A DNA stretch of 32,000 bases from Mycolicibacterium smegmatis. GTDB lineage: Bacteria > Actinomycetota > Actinomycetes > Mycobacteriales > Mycobacteriaceae. The stretch spans positions 4,920,001 through 4,952,000 of the forward strand of contig NZ_LN831039.1 in the NCBI RefSeq assembly GCF_001457595.1, given 5' to 3'. Position numbers and translations under genes: made by a program. Every line of letters starts with the position of its first letter. Position 1 is the stretch's first letter. The notes beneath the pieces are model-generated. The model saw only the letters and a program-made list of their open reading frames with translations. It ran no database searches and had not been told where the DNA came from. Positions 9,056-17,804 of the stretch are shown here, piece by piece.

Positions 9056-9074
9056 ATGAGAACGTGCCTCTCAT
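9056..9074. promoter_or_regulatory. Shared palindromic motif copy: ATGAGAACGTGCCTCTCAT
   Basis: 16/19 identical to the 23722-23740 copy; in divergent intergenic region. Confidence 0.55.
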
Positions 9075-9170
9075 TGTTGAGTATTACATTTCCACAGCGC
9101 CGCTTCGCCGTCAACGAGGGCAAACGCCTGATCGTTCCGCTCAACATGCCACATTCGGAAACGGGATTCT

Positions 9171-9198
9171 CCAATGTTGTGCATTCGCTCAACATTGG
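9171..9198. promoter_or_regulatory. Inverted repeat CCAATGTTG-N10-CAACATTGG
   Basis: Perfect 9-bp arms (9171-9179 and 9190-9198) in divergent promoter region. Confidence 0.55.
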
Positions 9199-9254
9199 CT
9201 GGTCGAACGCATATCGTCAGCTCAGTTGCCGCCGCGGCACGGACAGGACACGCC

Positions 9255-10034
9255 ATGACATCCGACATCGCGACACCGGCCCCGACCGCCGGCGAACCCG
9301 ACCTGGCCCGTCCCTGGGCACCGCACCGCCGCAAGGCCTACGTCGCCCTCACTGCGATGACCGGTTTCGCCTTCACGATCGCGGTCGTCGGGGTCGGCAC
9401 CGGTCTGCTGCCGCCCACCTTCACCGTCGACGTCATCGCCAACCTGGCGTTCGGCCTGCCGGTGATCGTGCTGCCGCTGGTCTACTTCTGGACCGGCCGG
9501 GGTGAGCAGCGCTCGCGTCTGCAACGCGCCTCGGAGCTGACGATGATCTACCTGCCCTACACCGCGGGCAGCCAACTCGGCTACGAGACCATCTTTCTGA
9601 TCGGCCATCCGATGAACTGGTGGACACCGACCACCGACCCGGGCTGGAAGTGGCTCTGGTGGCAGTACGGCCTGGCCGACACCCGCTACACCAGTGGCAA
9701 CGCCTGGATCTTCGGGCTGGAACTGGTCGGCGTGGTGACCGGCACGCTGCTGTTCATCGTGTGGATCCGCTTGATGCGCAGCGATTTACCGGTCGAGTCC
9801 CGGATCAAGAGCCTGTGGCTCGCCTTCACCGGATGCGCGATGCTGATCAGCAGCACCGCGGTGTACTTCCTGTCCGAGGTGCGCGCCGGGTTCGACGACA
9901 TCGGTCAGGGGGCCTTCGGGCTCTGGTTCAAATTCATCGCCGAGAACGTGCCGTTCATGATCCTGCCGTTCTTCGCCCTGATCGCGATGTATCGCCAGAT
10001 CGACCATCTCAGCCGCCGGGCAGGCCCTCGGTAG
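9255..10034 (+). CDS. Multi-pass membrane protein, predicted emopamil-binding protein (EBP)/EXPERA-like family
   Basis: 259 aa with several hydrophobic helices; WQYGLADTRYTSG...FGLELVG and AVYFLSEVRAGF...LWFKFIAENVPFMILP resemble eukaryotic EBP blocks as recalled. Confidence 0.65.
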   Translation: MTSDIATPAPTAGEPDLARPWAPHRRKAYVALTAMTGFAFTIAVVGVGTGLLPPTFTVDVIANLAFGLPVIVLPLVYFWTGRGEQRSRLQRASELTMIYLPYTAGSQLGYETIFLIGHPMNWWTPTTDPGWKWLWWQYGLADTRYTSGNAWIFGLELVGVVTGTLLFIVWIRLMRSDLPVESRIKSLWLAFTGCAMLISSTAVYFLSEVRAGFDDIGQGAFGLWFKFIAENVPFMILPFFALIAMYRQIDHLSRRAGPR

Positions 10035-10120
10035 CTCACACCGGGGTAGCTCACACAGACCGACAGCGGCGGCTTGGTTGGACACTGGTCAGCTGTGCCG
10101 ATGCGCGGTACGGTGCGCAG

Positions 10121-10780
10121 GTGGTCGCATCACCGCGCAACACCGAAGCTGACCGGGGTCAGCGCCGGGCGACCTTCCAGCGCGCCAACTCCCACACCAC
10201 CAAGCAGATGCTGGTCCATGCGGCCATGGCGTTGTGGCGGACCAACGGCTACGCCAACACCACGGTGGCCGAGATCTGCCGGGGCGCCGGGGTCTCCAAG
10301 GCGTTGTTCTACTTCTACTTCCCGCGTAAGGAAGACGTGCTCTTCGAGGTGGGCGTGATGTCCACCCGCTCAGCCCAGCGCACCATCGCGAAGCTGCTGG
10401 CCGACGACTACGACGTCATGACCGTCGTCGGCGCCGCACTGACCGCCCTGGAACGCTCGATGAGCAGCAATCCGCGCGAGTTGGTCATCGAGACCATCCT
10501 GGAGGGGTACCGGCACGAGCACCGACTGCTGGCCACGGGAGAGAACCGTCCCGATCTGGACGGCGGCATGTTCACCACCCTGTTCGCCCGCGCGGTGGCC
10601 GACGGCAAACTTCCCGCCGGCACCGACACCGACCGCCTGGTCCATCTGGCCATGATGATGGTCAGCGAGGGCGCCCGGCATTGGGCCGCAGGCGCTTTCG
10701 GCGCCCGTTCCTTCGCCGACGTCGTCGCCTCCGACATCGCCACCCTGATCGCAGGCAGCACCGGACGAAGGAGACCGTGA
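10121..10780 (+). CDS. TetR/AcrR family transcriptional regulator (start uncertain)
   Basis: HTH MLVHAAMALWRTNGYANTTVAEICRGAGVSKALFYFYFPRKEDVLFE. Confidence 0.88.
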   Translation: MVASPRNTEADRGQRRATFQRANSHTTKQMLVHAAMALWRTNGYANTTVAEICRGAGVSKALFYFYFPRKEDVLFEVGVMSTRSAQRTIAKLLADDYDVMTVVGAALTALERSMSSNPRELVIETILEGYRHEHRLLATGENRPDLDGGMFTTLFARAVADGKLPAGTDTDRLVHLAMMMVSEGARHWAAGAFGARSFADVVASDIATLIAGSTGRRRP

Positions 10781-12081
10781 TGGCATGGGATTTCGAGACC
10801 GACCCGGAGTTCGCCGAACTCCTGGACTGGGTGGACACCTTCGTCCGCGACGAAGTCGAGCCGCTGGACCTGGTGTGGCCGCATCTGCAGTTCACGCCTC
10901 TGAACGAGGTACGCCGGCAGGTGGTGGACCCGCTCAAGGAGCAGGTGCGCCGAAAAGGCCTGTGGGCCACCCATCTCGGCCCCGAACTCGGTGGTCAGGG
11001 ATACGGGCAGCTGAAATTGGCGCTGCTCAACGAGATCCTGGGCCGGTCGCAGTGGGCGCCCATCGTGTTCGGCTGCCAGGCACCCGATACCGGCAACGCC
11101 GAGATCATCGCGCACTACGGCACCGAGGAGCAGAAGCAACGCTATCTGCGGCCCCTGCTCGACGGTGAGGTGTTCTCCTGTTATTCGATGACCGAGCCGC
11201 ACGCGGGCGCGGACCCGACGCTGTTCACCACGCGCGCCGTCCGCGACGGGGACGACTGGGTGATCAACGGCTGGAAGTTCTTCTCCTCCAACGCCGCCAC
11301 CGCGTCGTTCCTCATCGTCATGGTCGTCACCAACCCCGATGTCAGCGCCTATCAGGGCATGTCGATGTTCCTGGTGCCCACCGACACCCCCGGCGTCGAG
11401 ATCGTGCGCAACGTCGGCCTGTACGGCGAGCGCGACAACGAGGGATCGCACGCGCTGATCCACTACGACAACGTGCGGGTACCCGCCGAAGCTCTGCTGG
11501 GCGGTGAGGGGCAGGCGTTCGTCATCGCCCAGACCCGCTTGGGCGGCGGGCGAATCCACCACGCCATGCGCACGATCGGCCTCGCACGCAAGGCGCTCGA
11601 CATGATGTGCGAACGCGCGCTGAGCCGCAAGACACAGGGAAGCCGTCTGTCCGACAAGCAGTTCGTGCAGGGCTACATCGCCGACTCGTATGCGCAACTG
11701 CTGCAGTTCCGGCTGATGGTGCTCTACACCGCGTGGGAGATCGACAAGTACAACGACTACAAGTTGGTCCGCAAGGACATCGCCGCGGTCAAGGTCGTCA
11801 TGCCGACAGTCCTGCACGACATCGCATGGCGCGCGATGCAGGTGCACGGCGCCCTCGGTGTCACCAACGAAATGCCGTTTCTCGGGATGGTCACAGGCGC
11901 GGCCGTCATGGGCCTGGCCGACGGCCCCACCGAAGTGCACAAGACCACCGTGGCCAAGCAGGTGCTGCGCGACCACGAGGCCACCGAGGACACCTGGCCG
12001 ACCGAATGGATACCCCGCAAGCGCGAGGAGGCGCGGGCCAAACTCGCCGACTACCTGGACAACGAGGTGGGCAATCTGTGA
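10780..12081 (+). CDS. Acyl-CoA dehydrogenase (ACAD10/11-like type)
   Basis: 433 aa; FGCQAPDTGNAEIIAHYGTEEQKQRYLRPLL, MTEPHAGADP, HGALGVT. Confidence 0.92.
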   Translation: MAWDFETDPEFAELLDWVDTFVRDEVEPLDLVWPHLQFTPLNEVRRQVVDPLKEQVRRKGLWATHLGPELGGQGYGQLKLALLNEILGRSQWAPIVFGCQAPDTGNAEIIAHYGTEEQKQRYLRPLLDGEVFSCYSMTEPHAGADPTLFTTRAVRDGDDWVINGWKFFSSNAATASFLIVMVVTNPDVSAYQGMSMFLVPTDTPGVEIVRNVGLYGERDNEGSHALIHYDNVRVPAEALLGGEGQAFVIAQTRLGGGRIHHAMRTIGLARKALDMMCERALSRKTQGSRLSDKQFVQGYIADSYAQLLQFRLMVLYTAWEIDKYNDYKLVRKDIAAVKVVMPTVLHDIAWRAMQVHGALGVTNEMPFLGMVTGAAVMGLADGPTEVHKTTVAKQVLRDHEATEDTWPTEWIPRKREEARAKLADYLDNEVGNL

Positions 12082-13103
12082 GCGCACCGGACATCGACAC
12101 CCCGCGCCTCGCCGAGTGGATGGACGGCGCGGGGCTGCCGGGCAAGGGTGAGCCGCTGACCGCGCGCTTCCTGTCCGGCGGTACGCAGAACGTCATCTAC
12201 GAACTGCGCCGCGGCGACGAGCGCTGCGTGCTGCGCATGCCACCCCCGGGCGCGCCGCCCGACCGCGACAAGGGCATCCTGCGCGAGTGGCGCATCATCG
12301 CCGCGCTCGACGGCACCGACGTGCCGCACACCGAGGCCGTCGCCATGTGCGAGGACCCGAGCGTGCTCGGTCGGCCGTTCTACCTGATGGGGTTTGTCGA
12401 GGGGTGGTCCCCCATGGATCGGCACGGTGTGTGGCCCGAACCTTTCAACAGCGACCTGGGTACCCGCCCCGGCCTGAGTTATCAACTGGCCGAGGGCATC
12501 GCGCTGCTGTCCAAGGTCGACTGGCGCGAGCGGGGGCTGGCCGACCTGGGACGCCCCGAAGGTTTTCACGACCGGCAGGTCGATCGCTGGATCGCATTCC
12601 TCGAACGGATAAAACGCCGCGAGCTACCCGGCTTGAAGGTCGCCACCGACTGGCTGCGGGCGCACAAACCGCTCGACTACATCCCCGGCCTCATGCACGG
12701 CGACTACCAGTTCGCCAACGTGATGTACCGGCACGGCGCCCCCGCCACACTGGCCGCCATCGTCGACTGGGAGATGGGCACCGTCGGTGACCCCAAACTC
12801 GACCTCGCCTGGATGGTGCAGAGTTGGCCGACCGGCGAAGACACCGGCGGAATGGATTACGTCGACATGCGTGGCATGCCCGCACGTGACGACGTCGTCG
12901 CCCACTACGCCGAGGTGTCGGGCCGTCAGGTCGACGATCTGGACTACTACCTGGTGTTGGCCAAGTGGAAGCTCGCGATCGTGCTGGAGCAGGGTTTCCA
13001 GCGTGCGGGCGACGACGAGAAGCTTCTTGCGTTCGGACCGGTGGTGACAGGCCTGATGGCCTCGGCGGCCGAACTGGCCGAATCGACCGACTACCGGGGC
13101 TGA
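12078..13103 (+). CDS. Phosphotransferase (aminoglycoside-phosphotransferase-like kinase) family protein
   Basis: GTG start; FLSGGTQNVIYEL, LMHGDYQFANVMY, AAIVDWEMGTVGDPKLDLAW. Confidence 0.92.
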   Translation: MSAPDIDTPRLAEWMDGAGLPGKGEPLTARFLSGGTQNVIYELRRGDERCVLRMPPPGAPPDRDKGILREWRIIAALDGTDVPHTEAVAMCEDPSVLGRPFYLMGFVEGWSPMDRHGVWPEPFNSDLGTRPGLSYQLAEGIALLSKVDWRERGLADLGRPEGFHDRQVDRWIAFLERIKRRELPGLKVATDWLRAHKPLDYIPGLMHGDYQFANVMYRHGAPATLAAIVDWEMGTVGDPKLDLAWMVQSWPTGEDTGGMDYVDMRGMPARDDVVAHYAEVSGRQVDDLDYYLVLAKWKLAIVLEQGFQRAGDDEKLLAFGPVVTGLMASAAELAESTDYRG

Positions 13104-13104
13104 C

Positions 13105-14079
13105 GTGCGCGCAGCCGTCTGCCCCCGGTACGGGCCACCCGAGGTAGTCCGCGTCGAGGAGTTGCCTGCGCCTGAACTCGGGCCCGATCAGGTGCGGGTG
13201 CGTGTCGGTGCTGCCGCGGTGAACTTTCCCGACGTGTTGCTCGTGGCCGACAGGTACCAGGTGACCGTGCCCGTGCCGTTCGTCCCTGGCAGTGAATTCT
13301 CCGGGGTGGTGACCGAGATCGCCGACGGTGTCACGGATTTCGTAGTCGGCGACCGGGTGGTCGGTACCGCAATGCACGGCGCGTTCGCCGAGGAGGTGTG
13401 TGTCGACGCATCCTGTCTGCAGCGCGCCGTCGAGCGCCTCGGCGACCGTGGCGCCGCCGCGTCCGGCGTCGCGCACCGCACCGCGTTCCACGCGCTGCGG
13501 TCGGTCGCCCGGGTCTCCACGGGCGACGACGTTGTCGTGCTTGGCGCGGGCGGCGGCGTCGGCCTGGCCGCGGTGCAGCTCGCCGCGGCACTCGGCGCCC
13601 GGGTGACCGCGGTGGCGTCGTCAACCGAAAAACTCGATGCCGCAGCACGATACGGTGCACACCACCTCGTCGACCACACAGCCGGTTCACTCCGCGCGGC
13701 ACTGCGCGACGCCGTTCCCGGAGGGGCCGACGCGGTGCTCGACCCGGTCGGCGGCGATCTCTCCGAACCCGCGTTGCGCGCGTTGCGCCGCGGCGGGCGG
13801 TTCGTCACCATCGGCTTCGCGTCAGGCGCCATCCCCCGGATACCACTGAACCTCGTGCTGGTGAAGGGCGTGCAGATCCTGGGCTTCGCGTTCCAGGACG
13901 TGCCGCCGGAGGAATTCGCGCGCAACGAATCCGAGCTCGGCGAACTGCTGGCGTCCGGCGCCGTGACGCCGCACATCGGTGCGGTCTATCCCCTCGCCGA
14001 GGTCGCTGCCGCGCTGCGGCATGTCGCCGAGGGACGCGCCGTGGGCAAGGTGGTCCTGGACGTCTCTGGCGTCCGATGA
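13105..14079 (+). CDS. MDR-family NADPH:quinone oxidoreductase / zinc-type alcohol dehydrogenase-like protein
   Basis: GTG start; VPGSEFSGVV, VVLGAGGGVGLAAVQLAAALGARV. Confidence 0.9.
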   Translation: MRAAVCPRYGPPEVVRVEELPAPELGPDQVRVRVGAAAVNFPDVLLVADRYQVTVPVPFVPGSEFSGVVTEIADGVTDFVVGDRVVGTAMHGAFAEEVCVDASCLQRAVERLGDRGAAASGVAHRTAFHALRSVARVSTGDDVVVLGAGGGVGLAAVQLAAALGARVTAVASSTEKLDAAARYGAHHLVDHTAGSLRAALRDAVPGGADAVLDPVGGDLSEPALRALRRGGRFVTIGFASGAIPRIPLNLVLVKGVQILGFAFQDVPPEEFARNESELGELLASGAVTPHIGAVYPLAEVAAALRHVAEGRAVGKVVLDVSGVR

Positions 14080-14205
14080 GGTTTACAGTCGTCGCAGTGA
14101 GCGTAAACTCACGCATCCTTGATCTGCGTCACCAGACCTGCTAAGCAAGTGCTCAGAACAAGACGGTCAGTTCAGAAAATGCCGCCCTTCGACGACGGAG
14201 TCCCG

Positions 14206-15396
14206 ATGGCCAAGCCCAGCACCAGTGCCACACCAGACCTGTACTACGACCCGTACAGCGTGCAGCTCAACATGGAACCGCACGAGGTGTTCGCGCGGAT
14301 CCGCGAAGAGGCGCCGCTGTACTACAACGAGCAGCACGACTTCTACGCGCTGAGCCGGTACCACGACGTCAACAAGGCCGTGATCGACCACGAGACGTTC
14401 ATCTCGGGCCGCGGCGCGCTGCTCGAGCTCATCAAGAGCGGCATGGAGATTCCGCCCGGCACCCTGATTTTCGAGGATCCGCCGATCCACAACATCCACC
14501 GCAACCTGCTGTCGCGGATGTTCACGCCGCGCAAGGTGCTCGCGCTCGAGCCCCAGATCCGCGAATTCACCACCCGCTGCCTGGACGCGGTGGCCGGCTC
14601 GGACACGTTCGACTTCGTCAACGATCTCGGCGAGCAGATGCCCATGCGCGTCATCGGCATGCTGCTGGGCATCCCCGAGGACCGCCAGCGCGCCATCACC
14701 GACCACGGCGAGCAGACGCTGCAGGGCACGACAGTCGATTCCCTGGCCACCGGTGAGGTGTTCGCGGAATTCATCGACTGGCGCGCCGAGAACCCGTCGG
14801 ACGACATCATGACCGACCTGCTCAACGCCGAGTTCGAGGACGAGACCGGCACGGTGCGCAAGCTGCGCCGAGACGAGTTGCTGCTGTACCTGACCGTGAT
14901 CGCCACCGCGGGTTCGGAAACCACGACGCGCGCGCTGGGCTGGGCGGGCAAGACGCTGGCCGACCACCCCGATCAGCGCCGCGACCTCGTCGAGAACCCG
15001 GCGCTGATCCCGCAGGCCATCGAGGAACTGCTGCGCTGGGAACCGCCTGCCCTGCAGATCGCCCGCTACGTCACGCGCGACGTCGAGTACTACGGCAAGA
15101 CCGTGCCCGCGGGGTCGGCGATGCTCATGCTGGTCGGGGCGGCCAACCGCGACCACAGGCGTTTCCCGCCGAACGGCGACGTGTTCGATATCCACCGGGA
15201 GCAGTTCTCGCACATGACTTTTGGTGCGGGCACGCACTTCTGCATGGGCAACGCGCTGGCCCGGCTCGAACTGCGTGTCGCACTCGAGGAAATACTCAAG
15301 CGCTTCCCCGAGTGGGAGGTCGACTGGGACAACGCCAGGCCCTCGGAGACCGCCGCGGTACGCGGCTGGGCGGCCATGCCAACGTTCGTGCGCTGA
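14206..15396 (+). CDS. Cytochrome P450
   Basis: AGSETTTR, EELLR, TFGAGTHFCMGNALARLE; start within longer ORF 14119..15396. Confidence 0.95.
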   Translation: MAKPSTSATPDLYYDPYSVQLNMEPHEVFARIREEAPLYYNEQHDFYALSRYHDVNKAVIDHETFISGRGALLELIKSGMEIPPGTLIFEDPPIHNIHRNLLSRMFTPRKVLALEPQIREFTTRCLDAVAGSDTFDFVNDLGEQMPMRVIGMLLGIPEDRQRAITDHGEQTLQGTTVDSLATGEVFAEFIDWRAENPSDDIMTDLLNAEFEDETGTVRKLRRDELLLYLTVIATAGSETTTRALGWAGKTLADHPDQRRDLVENPALIPQAIEELLRWEPPALQIARYVTRDVEYYGKTVPAGSAMLMLVGAANRDHRRFPPNGDVFDIHREQFSHMTFGAGTHFCMGNALARLELRVALEEILKRFPEWEVDWDNARPSETAAVRGWAAMPTFVR

Positions 15397-15409
15397 CCGC
15401 CCTGTCGCG

Positions 15410-15913
15410 TCAGCTGGCGGTGATCAGGTCGGCGGGCACCGAGCGGCTGAGCATGGTGCCGGTGCGGAACGCCTCGGTGCTGCCGACGGAGCCGGCGTCG
15501 GGGTGATTGGCCGCGGTGAGCGCCTGGGCCTTGAACGCGCGTGCGGCAGCGGACAGTTCGTGATGGGCGGGACAGACGCGCAGGTCTGACGGACACTCGT
15601 CGCCCCACAGCGTGACCTCGGTGAGGCCCTGCTCCAGCGCGCCGAGCACACCGTGGCGCACACGCTTGTCGGTGTTGAACAGATCGGCCGCGACCGCGAC
15701 GGTCTGCGGGTGCGGACGGTCCTGCCACGACCTGAGCACGCTCTCGAGGTCCATGGCCTCGACACCGAGGATCTCCAAGGGGCGCACGTTCTCGTCGCGG
15801 TCGATCAGCACCGTGACGTCCCAGCCGGCCATCACCCGGTCGACGAGCCAGCCTCCCGCGTACCGCACCGCGTCGATCACGCACGGGGCGACCACATCGA
15901 GTCGATACCTCAT
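15410..15913 (-). CDS. Uncharacterised 167-aa protein, translationally coupled to TetR
   Basis: MRYRLDVVAPCVIDAVRYAGGWLVDRVMAGWDVTVLID...; ATG at 15911-15913 overlaps TetR stop. Confidence 0.7.
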   Translation of the reverse strand: MRYRLDVVAPCVIDAVRYAGGWLVDRVMAGWDVTVLIDRDENVRPLEILGVEAMDLESVLRSWQDRPHPQTVAVAADLFNTDKRVRHGVLGALEQGLTEVTLWGDECPSDLRVCPAHHELSAAARAFKAQALTAANHPDAGSVGSTEAFRTGTMLSRSVPADLITAS

Positions 15914-16527
15914 GTCAGCTCGATCTCGCGGGCCAACATCTCGGCGTATCCCTTGAATACGTCCTGCAGCGGCAGTGAGGGATCGAGTAACCATGAGGTC
16001 TCCATTCCGTTGACGAAGGCGAGAATTTCCACGGCCTTGATGACCGGGTCGAAGTCCGGGCGATAGCGGCCACTGTGCTGGCCGCGGCGAATGATGTCCG
16101 CGACGATGTCGCGCGCATCCTGCTGACGTTTCAGCAAACGATCGTGCAGTGGTGCATCCGGCTGGATGTTCTCCACCAGCAGCACCGTGAACGTACCGAC
16201 CAACTCGGGTGCCCGGACGAACCGTTCGGCCACCCGCTTGATCTCGTCGGCAAGGTCACCGGACCGGTCGGCGTGTGCATCGTCGTCGAGATCCCTGGCG
16301 TCGAGCACCGCGTTGAGGAGGTGCTCCTTGGATTCGAAATGATGCAGCAGACCGGCCGTGGTGACCCCGGCCTCCTTGGCGATCTGAGCGAGTGAGGTGT
16401 TGCGCCACCCGTTGCGGGCCAGCAGCCTCTCGGCGACCGAAAGGATGCGCTGCCTGCGGTCTTCGCCCTTGGCGAGCAGGGTCTCGTAGGGTCTGGCAGC
16501 CTCGGCCTGCCCCTGGGGTGGCGTCAC
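15910..16527 (-). CDS. TetR/AcrR family transcriptional regulator
   Basis: RRQRILSVAERLLARNGWRNTSLAQIAKEAGVTTAGLLHHFESKEHLL; GTG start with GAAGGAG a few nt upstream. Confidence 0.92.
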   Translation of the reverse strand: MTPPQGQAEAARPYETLLAKGEDRRQRILSVAERLLARNGWRNTSLAQIAKEAGVTTAGLLHHFESKEHLLNAVLDARDLDDDAHADRSGDLADEIKRVAERFVRAPELVGTFTVLLVENIQPDAPLHDRLLKRQQDARDIVADIIRRGQHSGRYRPDFDPVIKAVEILAFVNGMETSWLLDPSLPLQDVFKGYAEMLAREIELT

Positions 16528-16541
16528 TGAACTCCTTCGTC

Positions 16542-16577
16542 CAAACCAACCTAGTGAACACACAGTAGGTTGGTTTG
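16542..16577. promoter_or_regulatory. Long inverted repeat CAAACCAACCTA-N12-TAGGTTGGTTTG, probable TetR operator
   Basis: Perfect 12-bp arms, 14 bp upstream of TetR GTG. Confidence 0.8.
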
Positions 16578-16643
16578 CACGGTGTGACAAGGGTCTCAAC
16601 GGGAATAAATTCGGGCCTGTGTCACATAACGCACACCCGCAGG

Positions 16644-17792
16644 CTACAGGCCCAGCGACTTCGCGATGATGACTTTCATGACCTCGCTGGTACCCGCGTA
16701 GATCCGGGCGACGCGGGCGTCGGTGTACAGCCTGGCGATGGGGTACTCCATCATGTAGCCGTACCCGCCGAACAACTGCAGGCAACGATCGACCACGCGC
16801 GCCTGCATCTCGGTGCAGAACAGTTTGACGCGCGCCGCGTCGGCCCCCGACAGCTCGCCGTCGACGTGCAGCGCCACCGCGCGGTCGAGCATGGCCTGGG
16901 CTGCCTCGACCTCCGCCGAACACGCCGCCAGCTCGAACTTGGTGTTCTGGAAGGACGCCACGGGTGTGCCGAATGCCTTGCGGGTCTTGGTGTAATCGAT
17001 CGCCGCGTCGATCGCCGAGCGGGCCTGGGCCACCGAACCGACGGCGACCGTGAGGCGCTCCTGGGCCAGGTTGTGGCCGAGGTAGCTGAACGCCTCGCCC
17101 TCCTCCCCCAGCACGTTGGCCACCGGCACCCGCACGTCGGTGAACGACAGCTCCGCGGTGTCCTGCACCTTGCAGCCCATCTTCTCCAGTTCACGGCCGC
17201 GGCTGAAGCCCGCCATGCCGTCCTCGACCACCAGCAGCGTCAGCCCCTTTCGGCGGTTATCCGGATCGGTCGACGTACGGGCCACCACGACAACCAGATC
17301 CGCCTGGATACCACCGGTGATGAAGGTCTTGGCGCCGTTGAGGACGTAGTGGTCCCCGTCCCGCACCGCGGTGGTGCGCACGCCCGCGAGATCCGATCCG
17401 GTCCCCGGCTCGGTCATCGCGATCGCGGTCAGCAGTGTGCCCGCCGCCAGACCGGGGAACCACCGCTGCCGCTGCTCGGTGTTGGCGTAGTGCAGGAAGT
17501 ACGGCAGGATCACCTCGAGCTGGGTGCGGACCGTGGACAGCGTGACCAGGGCCCTGGCGGCCTCCTCCTGAAGCACGACGTTGTAGCGGTAGTCGGGAAT
17601 GCCTGCGCCGCCGTACTCCTCGGGGATGGCCATGCCGAGCATGCCCAGTTCACCCATCTGCTTGAACACGTCGCGCGGCATGCGTCCGGCCTTCTCCCAT
17701 TCGGGATAGGCCGGGACGACTTCCTTCTCGATGAAATCCCGCGCCAGCGTGCGGAATGCCTCGTGATCCTCGGTGAACAGATTCCGCTGCAT
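16644..17792 (-). CDS. Acyl-CoA dehydrogenase
   Basis: 382 aa; AIPEEYGGAG, AIAMTEPGTGSDLAG, YAGTSEVMK. Confidence 0.95.
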   Translation of the reverse strand: MQRNLFTEDHEAFRTLARDFIEKEVVPAYPEWEKAGRMPRDVFKQMGELGMLGMAIPEEYGGAGIPDYRYNVVLQEEAARALVTLSTVRTQLEVILPYFLHYANTEQRQRWFPGLAAGTLLTAIAMTEPGTGSDLAGVRTTAVRDGDHYVLNGAKTFITGGIQADLVVVVARTSTDPDNRRKGLTLLVVEDGMAGFSRGRELEKMGCKVQDTAELSFTDVRVPVANVLGEEGEAFSYLGHNLAQERLTVAVGSVAQARSAIDAAIDYTKTRKAFGTPVASFQNTKFELAACSAEVEAAQAMLDRAVALHVDGELSGADAARVKLFCTEMQARVVDRCLQLFGGYGYMMEYPIARLYTDARVARIYAGTSEVMKVIIAKSLGL

Positions 17793-17804
17793 CAGCCGGC
17801 CCTC

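Noticed and set aside
9155-9173. Second GAGAA-type site TCGGAAACGGGATTCTCCA in the 9.1 kb divergent region
   Set aside because: Only the right half (ATTCTC) matches well; the left half is GGAAA, so it is not counted as a motif copy.
10408-12087. 559-aa minus-strand ORF opposite TetR and acyl-CoA dehydrogenase
   Set aside because: Shadow ORF of GC-rich coding DNA; no recognisable motif.
14141-14157. Possible KstR2-like site (AnCAAGnnCTTGnT) upstream of the third P450, around TAAGCAAGTGCTCAG
   Set aside because: Only one half resembles the consensus; too weak to call.
16583-16626. TGTGACA...TGTCACA inverted repeat near the 3' end of the 16644-17792 gene
   Set aside because: 7-bp arms separated by 30 nt, compatible with chance; no terminator-like T tract.
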